Shown here: positions 1 through 13,660 of the stretch, one piece after another
How positions within the stretch are numbered: position 1 is the stretch's first letter
How the letters are laid out: each line of letters starts with the position of its first letter
Assembly: GCF_009914755.1 (NCBI RefSeq)
Contig: NC_060927.1
Length of the DNA: 64,000 nt
Reading direction: 5' to 3' (one strand)
Source of the DNA: the human T2T-CHM13v2.0 reference genome, Homo sapiens
Program-made: the position numbers and the translations under genes
Notes under the pieces: model-generated
What the model was told of the DNA's origin: nothing
Database searches by the model: none
What the model saw: the letters and a program-made list of their open reading frames with translations, nothing else

Positions 1-16
1 TCCCTCCCTCCCTTCC

Positions 17-51
<35 letters not shown>

Positions 52-166
52 CTTTCTTCTTTCTTTCTTTCTCTTTTTCTTTCTCTCTCCCTCTTGCTCT
101 CTCTCTTTCTTTCATCTGTCTTTCTCTCGCTTTTTCTATCTTTATTCCTCTCTCTCTGTGTCTCCT

Positions 167-449
167 TTCTTTTTTGAGACAGGTTCTTACTCTGTCTCCC
201 AGGCTGGAGTGCAGTGGCACGATCATGGTGCACTGCAGCCTCCACCTCCCTGGTCTCAGGTGATCCTCCCACCTCAGTCTTCTGAGTAGCTAGGATAACA
301 GATGTGCACCACCATGCCTGGCTAATTTTTTCATTTTTTGTAGAGACGGGGTTTCACCATGTTGCCCTTGAACTCCTGGGCTCAAGCGATCTGCCTGCCT
401 CGGCCTCCCAAAGTACTAGGATTACAGGTGTGAGCCACTGCACCTGGCC
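167..449 (-). mobile_element. AluJ preceded by a (TCTT)n/(CT)n tract at 1-166
   Basis: tgagacaggttcttactctgtc...gggctcaagcgatc...gagccactgcacctggcc. Confidence 0.9.
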
Positions 450-1047
450 TGAGATGGTCACATTGATTTCTATGTAAACATCCCTCCCAGGAGTTGTGCA
501 CTGCTTTGGGTCTGCCTAGGTGAAATGGAGTCATCTTTGCCTGTCTACCTGAGGCAAATATCCAGTGCCCACATCTCTTCCATGGCTGGCTCTATGTCAC
601 TGCACATGGGCATTTGAGTTTGCCACCCCTAATCCAGGTACGCCAAGTTCAGGGGCTCAGCACTGTCTCACTGGCCCCTGTGATAGGGTCCCAAGCAGAT
701 CTGTCCTAGAGTCTCGTTGCCTCCTGAACCATGCACCCCCTTCAACCTCTGGATGCCAACACTTGTCAGGACCTTGGGAAGATTGTTGGATACTCCCCTT
801 TGTTTTGTCACCTCTCTTCAAGTCTAGATGCAGGGCTCCCAGTTAATACTGAGAGATTCCTGAGAGCAGGCGGCCTGCGCTAACAAGCCGTGACATTTCT
901 TCAGGCCTCTTTCCTATTCCCAAGAGTCAGTGAGATGCCAAGCTTCCTCCAGATGGCCTGGAGACCTAGTGACCCGACACTCCTGGGAATCTGACAGGTT
1001 TGGCTGACAAACCTGTGGCTCTGATAAAAGTGGGTGGCCTGTGGCAC

Positions 1048-1066
1048 TTCTCCTGTAGAGGGCGTC
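1048..1066 (+). promoter_or_regulatory. CTCF-like motif
   Basis: CCTGTAGAGGGCGT at 1052-1065; motif only, no binding data. Confidence 0.4.
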
Positions 1067-1732
1067 CTGGAGCTGAGTTTAGAGAAGAGCCATCATTGCA
1101 TGTGAGTGAGACTAATAGGCAGGTTGAAGGTGCTTGAGACATTGGGGCTGTGATTTCGGGCACAAGGGAATCAGAGAATGACTTCCTTGAGGCTGGAAGG
1201 AGCTGGGGCTCTGGAGTCAGACAACCTGGATTTGAGATCCAGGTCTGTGGCTTATTCGCTTGCTTGGCAGATGGGAGACTTTCGGGTCATCATGGAACCA
1301 TTCTTTTTCCTCACCCACCCCTGAGGATCTTAAAAACGACTATCTCTCAGGGTTGTTGTGAGCATAAAATGAGGTGCGTTTTTTCAAGTGTCCAGTGCTA
1401 TGCCTGACACATTGTAAGTGCTCAGTAAGTATTAGCTGCTGTGATTATTGCTGTTATTGTTATTTGATAAGAGACGAGGACAGTGCTTGGAAGTCCCCTC
1501 TTGGTGCAGATAAGGGAGCCAAGGCCCAGAAAGGAGAAGGCATGTCCCCACTCTGAGTCAGCGAAAAGCTGGGGCCACAGACCCAAGTCTCCAGTCGCCC
1601 AGGAGTCAGACCCTGCTCCCTCCCACAAGGACAGGAGAGGAAGGGGGAGCTGGCTGGTGCAGTCCCCAGAGCACAGTGTCTTCCCTGAATCTGGGTGGGA
1701 GTTTCCCCAAGCCATCAAGAGAAAAACATTAC

Positions 1733-1906
1733 CAAGCGGAAGCTCCGCAGCACAGACAGGCTTCCCTTCTTGGCCACGCCCAGCTCTAGCAGACTCACAG
1801 TGACGATGATGCAGTCAAAGATATTCCACTTCTTCTGGAAATAATAGTATGGGTCGAAGGCAATGATTTTGAAGACCATTTCAGCAGTAAAAAATATGGT
1901 AAAGAC
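1733..1906 (-). CDS. SCN10A: Nav1.8 coding exon 14 (DII S2-S4)
   Basis: [58 protein letters not shown]; tcctag| and |gtaatg; 174 nt. Confidence 0.97.
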
Positions 1907-3506
1907 CTAGGAGTGGAAACAAGCTTTCATCACAGTGGGATCTGTGGGGTCGGAGGCAATGATAAAAATGGCAGCAAGAAAATGTCTTATTTACAAAATA
2001 GAAAATCCTTTTGTTTTGTTCAGTTGCTATGTTATCTGTGGGCTCCTGAGGATTGGCCAGGGTAACAGTCAACGTGACAGAATGGAGACATTTCTGCACC
2101 ATTCTCAGGGGCTGTGCATGCTGCAGTTTTTCCACGTGAATGGTGGTGGGAGTGGAATAAGCGGATAGTCTTTAAGATCATTATTATAATATCATTTTGT
2201 CAGTGAAGAGTCAGTCTGGTTCAGTAGTTAAAACGTGTGGGTTGTGGGACATCACAGACCTGGATTAAAATCCCAGCCCAGACATTTCCTAGCTTATGTA
2301 AGCTTGGACAAATAATGCATCCTTCCTGTACCTCAATTTCCTCATCTGTATAATGGGCATAAAATGAGCCAATGCATGTGCAGTTCTTAACAAAGGGCCT
2401 GGCAGACAGTAATTCATTCATAAGTAACAGTGACTAGTAAGAACAATGATTCATTGCCTCTAAGATTCTTTTAGGCTCTGTGTGTCTCTAATTGTCTTAA
2501 ATAGGACAGAATTCTGACACTGAGAGAGGTCAGAACCAGGCTCGGGTAACACAACAACCAGCAGGGAAGGGAGACAGAGAAGGAGGAAAGCAACGACCAG
2601 GGTCAGGTGCTTTTCCTTCATATCTTTTTATCTGAGCCCCTCACCAGCCTGAGAAACAGACAATGCATCCTTCTTATGGAGAAGAAAACAGGCTGAGAGT
2701 TTAAGTGACTTTCTCATGCCACAAGACTGATTCAAAGAGTATCTATGGAGTGTCCCTTGTAGGCAAGTCAGTGTGGTGTGGTGGGGGGTAGGGTTGAGGT
2801 CTTGTGTCTTCCAGAGACCTGGGTCCACCCTGGATCCACCCTCACCAGCTATACAATTTTGGGCAGGATATTTAACCTCTCTGAGTCTTAGTGCTCTCTT
2901 TTGTCATGTGAGGGTGATGTTAACCTCATAATGTTGTTGTGACACTGAAATAACATTCATAAAGCACCTGACTCATTGCAGGCACCAAGCACATGACTTT
3001 CTTGCTTTAAAAAAGTGGCACTTTCCTCTGACACTGTGGGAAAGGCCTTTTCTCTCTCTTGCTTCCACTTTTCTAACTGTAGAATGAGGGTGTGGGCTCA
3101 AATGTCTATTCCATAAGGCCCTCTGTGGTCTTAGGCTGACTTCTTGGGAATAAGCATTCTCTTCTCTTTCCATTTTTCCTTTTCATATCAACTTTAGGAT
3201 GTGACCTCAGCCTAGGTGCTGCCAAAACATGAGGCATGCTGATTCCACCATGTTCCAGAACCTACTGCTGCCCCTTTCACAGCCCTGGATTATGGCGGAG
3301 GGAGTGGTTTCTAGGGACAAGTAGTCACATTTCCTCTGGGCCTTCCCCCTCCACCTAAGTCTGCAGCCTATAAGAAGCTGGACCCCAAAGCCAGACAGTT
3401 CTGGTGAATCCAGTAGGTCACCTCCAGCTTGGTGGACCCTGCTGCGGACATGAAGGCAGGATGCTGACCCTTTCTAGCTTCTGCCTATCATGTGTGCGTG
3501 TGTTTG

Positions 3507-3508
<2 letters not shown>

Positions 3509-3541
<33 letters not shown>
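3509..3541. repeat. (CA)16 microsatellite, intron 13
   Basis: direct read. Confidence 0.95.
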
Positions 3542-3544
<3 letters not shown>

Positions 3545-4508
3545 AGTCTTGTGAGGTGGCTTAATTCAGGGGTTAAGAAAAGCGGGCTTGGCAGCCGGTC
3601 TGTCTGGGTTCAAATTCTGATGTGGCCACTAAACTCAACTCTATGATCTTGGGAAGATTATTTAACCTTTTGCATCTCCATTTTTCCATCTGGGAAAGGG
3701 AATAACAAGAGTGCCTACCATGTAGGGTTGTTGTGAAAATAAAATGAGATAATCCATGAGAAGCATCTGAGTATTATTACTATTCCTGTGGGTGGGGCAA
3801 GGTTGGAGCAGTTGTTGTCCCTCTGAGTCAGATACTTTATCCAGTATATAGTGAAATCCAGTATGGATTGTATCTTGTTAAGAGTAAATAATACTAACAA
3901 GTGATGGAGGAAAATTTAAAGCAGCATGATGTCTAAACTAGATGCCAAAGAAAAGTTCCGACTTCCTGATGCTTTTGTTACAACAGCAACCTTGTTTCCA
4001 TGTTTCCTCCCTTCCACTGTCTTCCCCTTCCCTCCCCAACTCTTTTTCTCCTTAAGTGACAACATTGAAAATCGTGGCTACTGTTAATTGTGGTCATAAA
4101 AGTAATTACATTGGAAGGAAACAGACAAGTCCAAAGATTGTCTTTAGATAAAAAAGTGACATTTATCCTCATTTCAAGGTAGAGGCAACTGAGATCCAGA
4201 AAATTCAAGTGGTTGTCCTATGTTTTGTAAAGGGCAACTAGCTGCCTCTGGCTCCAGGCTCTCCTGGTTCACTTTCCTGTGCTTGTTCATCCCAAAGCCA
4301 TTCCCACCAGCTCAGCCTGGGTCCTCCCACACTTGACCTCCTGAACCCAGTGTCCACATGTCTCCTGCACTGCTGCTCTGCTCTCAGCTAACTGGCTCAA
4401 CACACTAACCAATAAGGGCATGCCCCACCCCACCCGAACTGCACCCTGCCATCATCCCCACCCCGCCCCGACCACGCCAGTGAGGGCAGTACCAGCCAGA
4501 GCACTCAC

Positions 4509-4747
4509 GATGTTGCCTATCTGGAGCATGGCTTCGAAGGTAGGGCTCATGCCATGGTGCTCCATGGCCATGAAGATGGTGTTCACCACGATGCACAAGG
4601 TGATGGTGAGCTCTGCAAAGGGATCCGTCACAAGCCCAAAGAGAATTGTCTTGAGCTTCACCCACATGGGGCAGCAATCCCAGATCAGATACTTCTGAGA
4701 CAAGCTGGTCAAGCAGGGTGGGCACTTCTGTTCAGACTCCTCGAGTT
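4509..4747 (-). CDS. SCN10A: Nav1.8 coding exon 13 (DII S1)
   Basis: ELEESEQKCPPCLTSLSQKYLIWDCC...AMLQIGNI; atgcag| and |gtgagt; 239 nt. Confidence 0.98.
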
Positions 4748-4869
4748 CTGCATTATAGTGTGGTCAATGACAGCTGTCAGCCATGTGTCACCTTGGACCC
4801 CAATTCTGCGGTCATCCTCTAGACCTTGTTGTTAATAATAAGTACCACCTCCAACATTTTGACTTCAGC

Positions 4870-7800
4870 CCTCTCTCTGTCTCTGGTATTCATTTCCTAT
4901 ATTTTGAACTCCTTTAGTCCTGCAACTCCAATTAATATCTGCCCCATCCAGTCCTTTAAACTGCTGACATTACATATTTTTACTGCCCATCACCTATATC
5001 ATGTCCTTACTTCTCAATTTGCCCAGCTTAGATTTCACATCCATCTCTCTAACTACTCCCTTGTAGGCACCCTCAATTCCTTTGCCCCTCTCCTCCTTCA
5101 TTGTACTTGCCTGGCAAAACCTGAACTGTGAATAGACCCAATTTGTAGACTACTCTGTACTTGCACCCAACCAGCTGGACCTGGCTGGAAAAAATACACA
5201 ACTATGCTTACCAACCCTCCTAGAGATCTGTGAGCCCCAGCCTTGCCCTGCCCAGAAATCTGGCTGTGTTTCTATATTATATTCCATTCCTTCATTCTTC
5301 CAGATGACTGTTTCTCACTTCCTCTTCCCCCGTCTAACCTCCGGCTCTTCTTTCTACTTACTCTCTGTTGATGAGCTCCCTTTTATTTCACTCAGAATAT
5401 AGACTAGTTCACAAAAGAACTTCCCCTTCTTCCTACCACTAAATCTCTGGCATATCTGCAAGTCCACCTGGTATTCTGTCTTCGTGCCCCACACAGTGCG
5501 TGGGTGGCTCTACCCCTCCCACTTGTGCCGGGCTCTTTCCTCTCCCACCTATTCAAGGCCTGCATCATCCAGACCTGTCTCCCTTCCAGACCATTGCCAT
5601 GAGCAGGTAAACATGCTTTAATTATCTCGCGGCTTTGAAAAAGTCTCTCTGGACCCCATGCTCTCTTTCATTACTGCTTCTTTGACAGTAAAATTCCTTG
5701 CAAGAGTTTTCTACACTTAACCTTCTACAGCTCCTTACCTCTTTTTTTCTCTGCAGCCCCTGGAATCTGACTTTAACTGCTTCCAAATTCAAATAATTGA
5801 TTTCCAGTTCTCATCTTACCCTTATAACATTTGACAGAATTTATATTGTTCTCTTTGAAACCAGTGTTCATTTGGCTCTGGGGACTGCATCATCTCTTGC
5901 TTTTTCTCCCATATTTCTCCACTTCTTTTCACTTTCTGTTTTTGTCTCCCTTTTCCTTTCCTGCTTGTAAATGTTGAATAACTCAAGCATTCTCACCTTA
6001 GCTTCTCTGTGTTTTTGAATCTCATAGCCCTAAAAAACCATCTCTATGCCAATTCCCACCAAATTATGTGTCCAATTTCTGATCCCTTCCTGAACACTAG
6101 GCTTATCTCTCTACCTGCCTCCGTTAAATCTCCATGTGGATGTGTAACTGTGTTCACCTCGATGGAGGGCAATTTCTTAGCTTTAGGTTTATCTATAAAT
6201 TCCTCGGCAAGACATGCATCTTGAACAGATATCAGCCTATGTGGGCAAAGAAAGATGATGTCCATTGTTTATAATAATAATGGAAAACAACAACTGATAA
6301 AGCATAATACATTGTGAAAAAGAATGAGGCAGATTTATTTGTGGTGATGTAGAAAAATATGTATGTGTAGTGTGTGTATGTGCATGCATGTGCTTATATA
6401 TGCATAGAACATTGCTTGAAGAATATAAGATAAACTGGAGTGGGAGGGGGGTGCACCAGGAGTCTGGGGAGCAGGAAGGGTCTATAGTGGGAAGGAGACA
6501 TAGTTGTCATTGCATACACACTTGCAGTGTTTAGGGTTTTTTTTACTATATGCACTTGAAAAATCAGTTTAGAGAAATAACTGTGTGCCCCCAAATTTTG
6601 CTAACAGTGTTTTTTCCTGATAATTTAAAAATGTGTATGTAGTCAAGATTTATCAGTAGTATTTTTATTTGTTTTCTTTTTTTTTCAATTTTCTTCATTT
6701 TTTTATTTTAAATTTTTTTCTTTTTTTAAATTATACTTTAAGTTTTAGGGTAAATGTGCACATTATGCAGGTTAGCCACATATGCATACATGCCTTACAT
6801 ATGAAGCTTTTCTCACTACAAGGCTTGGAAAATACCTTCTCCATGTTTTTTTCTTTCTTTTGTAGTTTCACTTTTTTCACTTAAAACTTTGGTGCATTTG
6901 AAATTTATTTTGGGTAAAGAGTAAGATATTGATGTGGTTTATTTTTTCCTGTCTCTGATTATTTATATCAACATTACTTATTGAATAATTTTTCATTTTC
7001 CCAAGATTTGAAATGTCATTTTTGTCATGTTATTACCATTTATGTTCATGTGTTTTCATATACACATGTCCATTTCTCTTCCACAGATCAGACTATTTAT
7101 TTTCACTGTCATGCTGTTTTAATCACTGACTGGATTTTAGAAACTACAGATGTCCAAACTGGCAAAGCATAGTTCTCTAAAGAAGTTGGCACATCCTGGG
7201 ACCAAAATCAACAATCCCTGTTTGGAACAAAAGCAAGAACTTCCCTGGACCTATTTTGGCACTAAAAAGAAGCACAGGAAGTAGTCATGAATGAGGACAC
7301 TTTAGATGTGCCATTTTGGCAGGAAGCAGCCACCTGTGAGGCATGATGGGAAAAGAGAGGCATCTTTGTAAACAGCCTTGACATTGTTGAACTTGATTGA
7401 TTGCAGAGACACAGAGACTAAAAGTATCTACTTGCCAGCTTAAAACATGACCATGGCCCCACCTCAAAAGGATCTCCTATATAAAATTGATAACAGAGAG
7501 AACTTTCCTCCCTTCATCCTGTTACGCTTAAAGAGGTCCCCCTGCTCCTGTTAACACCAGTGTCTCCACTGTGCATTCTCTCCTGCCACTGCAGGAGTCT
7601 GTTGAATATACCCTTTCTTCCCTTAATCTTCAGTCTCTCTTATTCTCCCAGATCCTTCCCATTAGCATGCAAATATGCTCAAAACAAACAAACAAACAAA
7701 AACTCCCCCAAACACAAAAACCAAAAAGTCTTCTTTCAATTCTCCCTACTCCCTAGTGCCATCTTACTATCTCCTTTTCCTCACAGGCAAACTTCTTGAA

Positions 7801-8275
7801 AAAATTGTCTGTACACCATATCTCCATTTCTTCACCTCTCACCCGCTCTTTAAGCCCCTTCAATATGACCTCTGCCTACCCTTTTACTCCATTAATCCTC
7901 TTTTGCTTAGATCACCAAAGACATCCATGTGACTAAAGCCCCTGGACCTTTTCATGTTTCATTTTACCTGACCTTTCCACAGCATTGCCTCTGTTGGCCT
8001 TTCTATTCTTTCTGAAGAAATTTTTACTCTTGGCTCTGCATTGTATTCTTCTAGATCTTTTCCTATTTCTGTACCTTCCTTTTCAGTCTCCTCTGCTGGG
8101 TCCATCTCTTCTGCTTAACTATTAAACATTTAGTTTGTTAGAACTGTGTCTGAGGCCTTCTTCTCTTCTTACTTCAACCCTTCTGTGTTAACTCATCCAG
8201 TTGCATCTTTTCAAAATTACCACTTACATTCAAACTGCTTTCAAATATATATATATACATATATATATGTGTGTG

Positions 8276-8321
<46 letters not shown>

Positions 8322-9050
8322 ATCTTTGTCATCTAAGTTCTAGACCCCTATATCCTAAAGTCAACTTCCTACTGGACACCCCTACCTAGATGCTCCAAGG
8401 GCACCTGAAACCCAATATATCCCAGACTCAACTCATAATCTTCTTTCATCTTTCCCCATTAAAGCCCCCTTCTTCCCCTAAAATGCTCCCTTTATGAGTT
8501 ATTGTATCAGCATATCTTAAGGCACTTATACCAGAACCATATGCATCATCAAGTCCTGAATCTTATGCCCCTTAGATAGCTCTCATATCCTTCCATTTCC
8601 CATCAGCCCCACTGTCACTACCCCAGAGTTCAAGCACTGCCATCTTGTACTTGGCTTCCTCCTAACTGGTTTCCCTGACAACATACTTCCCCTCTTATAT
8701 CTACAAGTATCCAGAGTAACTTTTATAAAATGCAAATGTAACTTCCCTGCCTCCAATCCTTTAATGGCACCTCACTCCTCTTAGCATGAAGTCCCATATC
8801 CTTAATGCAGTCTAGGAGTTTCTTGGGATCTGGCCCCAACTCATCCCTCTAGCCTTATTTTCAGTTCTCCTGGTTCTCTAGGTTACAGCTACATTAGGCT
8901 TTTTCATTCCTTCAAATGTTATTCTCTCTTCTGCTTTGCAGTCCTTTCAGCCTGGGATAATTCCCTGGCTCCAGGCAAATCTTACCATATTTCACTTAGT
9001 ATCCTGCACTTCCTCTTTAAGGCACTCACCACTCCAGTAAGCTCACTGCT
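4870..9050 (+). mobile_element. Fragmented L2 (~4870-6150 and ~7490-9050) interrupted by old L1 pieces, including an antisense L1PA tail at ~6715-6795
   Basis: C/T-rich L2 signatures (cctggcaaaacc, tcatcttacccttataacatttgac, cacctgaaacccaatatatcccagac). Confidence 0.65.
8246..8317. repeat. Compound (TA)n/(TG)n microsatellite, intron 12
   Basis: direct read. Confidence 0.92.
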
Positions 9051-9341
9051 GTGACCCAGCTTCTGGAATTCTGGCTTGGACAACAGTGAAATCTCAGCTT
9101 GCATGCCAAGCATAGAAGGTTCACATGCTTTGAGTTCAGTGAATTGTCAAACTCCTGTTGGTTTGGGCCAAACTTTCTTAAGCATAATCCCTCTTAAAGA
9201 GGTGGCCTTTATAAATCCTATTACGACTCTGGCAGCATGAAGCATCCTTCAGGTGTCTCATGTGTGTAATGAATATAACATCCAACCAGAGAAGATGATG
9301 TGCCCTATGCTCAGAAAACTTTGACCTCTTTTATTTAACCC

Positions 9342-11249
9342 AAGGTTTCCTCTCCTCAGATTTTCTTTAAAACATCATTGTTTCTCTGGCCTTTCTTACT
9401 CTACTGTCACAGCATCTTCCTTGAGGGGAAGTCTACCCTACCCCAACATATTTGCCTATTACTTATTTTCTTCCTTTTTATCAGTTCACACTGTTATAAA
9501 TTAGCATCACTCCCGCCGCCAACCACCCAAATATCACCTTTGTGCATGCACTTGTCTTCTGGGTAATGGAGGTCAGGCTGTGAGCAAAACAGACACATCT
9601 CCGCCCTCATAGATTTTACAACCTAGTAAATCATAATAGCCAAATGTGATGAGTATTTACTACATGCCAGTCGTGGTTCTAAGCATTTTGCTTGACCTGA
9701 CTCATTTAATCCTCACAAAACTCTACAAGATAAGTATATTCTCACTACTTTACAGGCTAAAAATCTGAGGCACAGAAAAGTTACTGAAGCTCCAAGGTCA
9801 CACTGTGTACCATAAGTGGAAGAGCTAGGATGCAAACCCAGGCAGCCGGGTTCCAGAGCAGTGTTCTAACTACTACCCTCTGTTGCCTCTCATTCATCCC
9901 ATGACCTTCTTTTGTCTTACCTACACTGGGATGTGTTTGGGACATGCATTTTGCTTGTTGCTATCTCATTCTTGCAGAATGCATTGTACTTGCTATTTGT
10001 GTCTGCGAACTTTCTCCTCAGCTTCTTACATAGCTGATTCCTTTATTTAATTCAAATTTCTGTTCTTCTTGGAGAGAATTTTCCATCTCCTTTCCTACTT
10101 TATTTTTTCTCCTACTTCTTATATCTGAATATCTATTCATCTTTCATGTCCCCTTCCCTGCTAGGATGTAGATTCCATGAGCGCAAGCTTATATCAGTTC
10201 ACCACTGAATCCCAGCACCTGAAGCAATGCCACACACACAACAGGGGCTCAACAAATGCTTGTTGATAAGAGAATAAATGAAAGAAGAGAGAAGGAGGAA
10301 GCTTAACAGTTTTCGAGAATAAATGAAAAAAACAAACTGTTTGTATTCAATGTTTGCTGTTTGATGACTAATAGCAAAACAAAAACCAAAACAAACAAAC
10401 AAAAACCAAGAAACCTATCTGGCCAAGAAAGAAATTGTGGGAATAGCAGCTTGGTCAAATTCTATGCCATGAAAAATGTTAGAAGTACAGACTCTATTAC
10501 AATGAACAGTGATATTAAATAATTATCAATGAGAAAAAATAATAGAAGAGAGTCTGTACACGTTGTTGTTGAGAAATGAGTACACATTTCTCAAAGCACA
10601 AACTCAGGTATGCAAGAAATGTAACTTAGTTGAATTCAATTTATGCTTCAAGTCCTCACCATGGGAACTGTCTCTTGTTAAGTCAATGTTGGGTACTATT
10701 TCAATATCTGAGTCTGTGTCTGAGTTTTGTAGGGCTCAAACCTGGAGGAGAGTTGAGCTGGTCCTTTGTCATTGCTAAGCGTATTTTGCCTGAGTTGTAG
10801 CTCCCATCTGGTCCCTGGTGGGAGAGTCCATGAAGATGGCTCTTCTCTCTCTAGTTTCCCTCTATGGGTCTCACTCATCTTTTTCCATAGCCTTCACTGG
10901 GGGCTAAGTCATCACCCAGCTCCTCTCTGCCATTCTGGAGCCACAGGGCTCTCTCTGAGGCTGCTTCAGGCCTTCTCTAACCTAAGGTTGACCTAAGCTA
11001 AGGTTGCCTTTCCCCAGATTTTCTTAAAAACGTCTTTGTTTCTCCTGCCTTTCTTACTCTACTCTCACAGTATCTTCCTTGAGCGGAAGTCTATCCTACC
11101 CCAAGATACCTGACTATTCCTTATTTTCTTCCTTTTTATCAGTTTACACCACTATAAAGTAGCATCACCCCCCAGATATCACCTTTGTTAATGCACTGCT
11201 CTTCTAGGTAATGGAGATCCAGCTGTGAGCAAAACAGATACATCTCTGC
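9342..11249 (+). repeat. Local direct duplication of ~250 bp (9342-9604 and 11000-11249)
   Basis: Shared blocks cagattttct, cctttcttactctact, cttattttcttcctttttatcagtt, atatcacctttgt, gctgtgagcaaaacaga. Confidence 0.9.
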
Positions 11250-12290
11250 ATATCTGGTAAATTACTGGCTAGTTCTACTCTACAGTTTCTGTGCATGTGA
11301 ATCTCTCTCTAAGGCTTGCCACCTCTGGCTTTACCTAGAAAGTAGGGCACACATTGGCTCTGTTTTGAAATCCCTCAAACATTTTTTTGGTTTCTATTGC
11401 TCACCACTTCTTCCCCTCAAATTAGGATTCAGCCTAGGGCTGGGAGGAAAACACACAGGACTCCTTCTCAGGGGCACACCAGCACTCAAGCTCCCTTACA
11501 ACTCCTCCAGCCTAGGTCAGTTTAATTTGTCTAGGGGAGTAAGATAACTGGAAATGATGAAGGTTGCATTCTCCATACCCTAAGGCAAAAAAAGGCTGGA
11601 TTAGAACAGACCTCCTGCTCAAGGTTAGAGGGATGCAATCACGCTCTATGGCAAAGTGTGTGGATAGGTGGCCATGACCATTGCCACTCTCTTCCTCTAC
11701 CCTTTGGCTTGGAACTTAGATACATTGCTGGGGAGACTGAGTGGATTCCCACTTGATTGGTAGAATTCTAAATTAACAAGGACTTAGTTAAATTGACTGA
11801 TTAATGGACTTAAATTGTCTACCAATATTCAGCATAATGTGGGCTTGAACAAGAAATTAAATTACAACTGTGTAAGTTACAACCATGAAAAATATAATTA
11901 TGAAACCATGAAAAGGATAATTTTGCCATGTTGGAAAATTAAGGATGGTTAAATTTCTTGTACACCGGAGAGCTGGCCTGAAATTCTCTGATGCCTGCCA
12001 GATCACTTTTAAAAATCTAGTTTTGTGATGCATGCAAAGCAGATGCTAATTTGAACAAGAGATGAGCTAGGATATTTTATTCATCAAATTATTTTGTTTT
12101 TGAAAAATTATGCATCTAAAAAACCACATTGATAAAAGATGGTGGGGCCTAAGACATAAGAATGAGGAGTATTAGGAATTCCAGTACACAGAGATGGACG
12201 CTTTGACACGAGTTAGAGACATTGCTTCTGCTGCTCACATGGGAATTCATCATGACACAGTGGATGAACAATGCAGTGAGCAGCACTTAC

Positions 12291-12402
12291 CCTCAAGGAC
12301 GGAGGTTATGATACTGACAACACTCATTGCCCTTTGGGCCCGGAAAGGTTCATCTAAGTATTCTGCTGACAAGAAAGTCTTCTTTTGTCCTGCATCGAAT
12401 GC
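12291..12402 (-). CDS. SCN10A: Nav1.8 coding exon 12
   Basis: AFDAGQKKTFLSAEYLDEPFRAQRAMSVVSIITSVLE; caacag| and |gtaagt; 112 nt. Confidence 0.97.
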
Positions 12403-12498
12403 CTGTTGAGACACAAACAGAGTCAGGACGCTCCTTTAACCTGACATCTTCATGGCAAAGTTGGATCATTCAGCCTCTTATTGGCCAATCTCATATAT

Positions 12499-12690
12499 AG
12501 TCATATGTCACTTACAGATAGAGATATGTTCTGACAAATACATCATTAGGTGATTTCATCATTCTGTGAATATCCTACATTGTATTTACACAAACAAATG
12601 CTATAGCCTTCTATACATCTAGGCTAAATAGTGTGGCCTATTGCTCCTAGGCTACAAATCTGTACAGCATGTTATTGCTGAATACTGTAA
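12499..12690. mobile_element. Tigger3/Golem-family DNA transposon fragment
   Basis: gatatgttctgacaaatacatcattaggtgatttcatcatt...ctcctaggctacaaatctgtacagcatgtta. Confidence 0.7.
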
Positions 12691-13439
12691 GTATAAACAG
12701 TTAATAAACATAAAGAAAGTTTATAAAGCTTCCAACCATGAGGACTAAGCAAATGATACTAGTAGTCACTATTTATTGTTATCTGTCAGACATGTATAAA
12801 AATGTAGGCACTTTGTTATTTCATTTAACCCTCCAGCTATTTAGAAACCTTTTTACAAGGGGAGATAAGGAGGCTTGGATAATTTAAAGGACTTGCTAAA
12901 TGTGACTCAGGTGGTAACTGGCACAGTTGGGACTAAAATATAGGTCCATACTAAACAGAAGGGCCTAAAGAGTCAATCTTTCACTAGCCTGGTAATTTAA
13001 CTAGAATGAATCAAGGTCAGAATATCTAGACACATGATAATCTCAGGAACAGAGAAAGGAGGGTGGGGGCCCATCACAAGAGAGGCATAAATGCCTTCAG
13101 TGAGGCATTTTCTAGAGTGCTAATGCACTCCCAGCGAGCCCTGCAGGATGCCTTTGACTTTAAGGCTCTGTTTTGGTGATTCCATTTGCCCTGGAGACCT
13201 ACTCTCTACCTTCTCCACTGTCTCTGTTCCTGGGGAGGGAGACCTGTACAAAATGTGTTATCCTTACCCTCTGGTTCTGGCCAGGTTTGGTTAATGGGAG
13301 ACATAGGCAGGACATTCAAGGATAGAAGGAGAGACAAGTCAGGTATTTTCCCCTGGCTTCTTCTCTCCTGTGCTATGGCTGAGTAGCAGAGCTGTGATCC
13401 TCTACTAAGATCACAAGTTCTGCCAGGCAGCCTCTCTGA

Positions 13440-13660
13440 CACATGAGGGCAGCTGCTGCTGTAGTCTAATTCTGGTCCTTTCCTTCATCCCTTCAGCCTA
13501 GGCATGTAACAGCTTCCCCCTGTTACTAGTTTCTAGGTGCCTCACTGTCCCTTATTCATTCCCTAAGCCCAGCCCACACCTCTGTAAATACTTTACTAAA
13601 CTCTCTCTATTAGCCCATCGGAGTGGTCCATCTGTTTCTTGCTGGGACCCTGAATCACAT
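13440..13660 (+). mobile_element. ERVL solo-LTR 3' part (LTR33-like)
   Basis: cccacacctctgtaaata...ctaaactctct...catctgtttcttgctgggaccctga. Confidence 0.5.

Larger units (their letters stand above)
1200..3785 (+). mobile_element. Cluster of MIR fragments (~1200-1450, 2215-2440, 2770-2975, 3560-3785)
   Basis: MIR core motifs such as ctggagtcagacaacctggatttgagatcc and cctcaatttcctcatctgtataatggg. Confidence 0.65.

Noticed and set aside
1-1732. Assigning the known cardiac enhancer, SCN10A-short start site or specific GWAS SNPs to this interval
   Set aside because: Cannot be positioned from sequence alone; they are probably further 3' in the gene, outside the window
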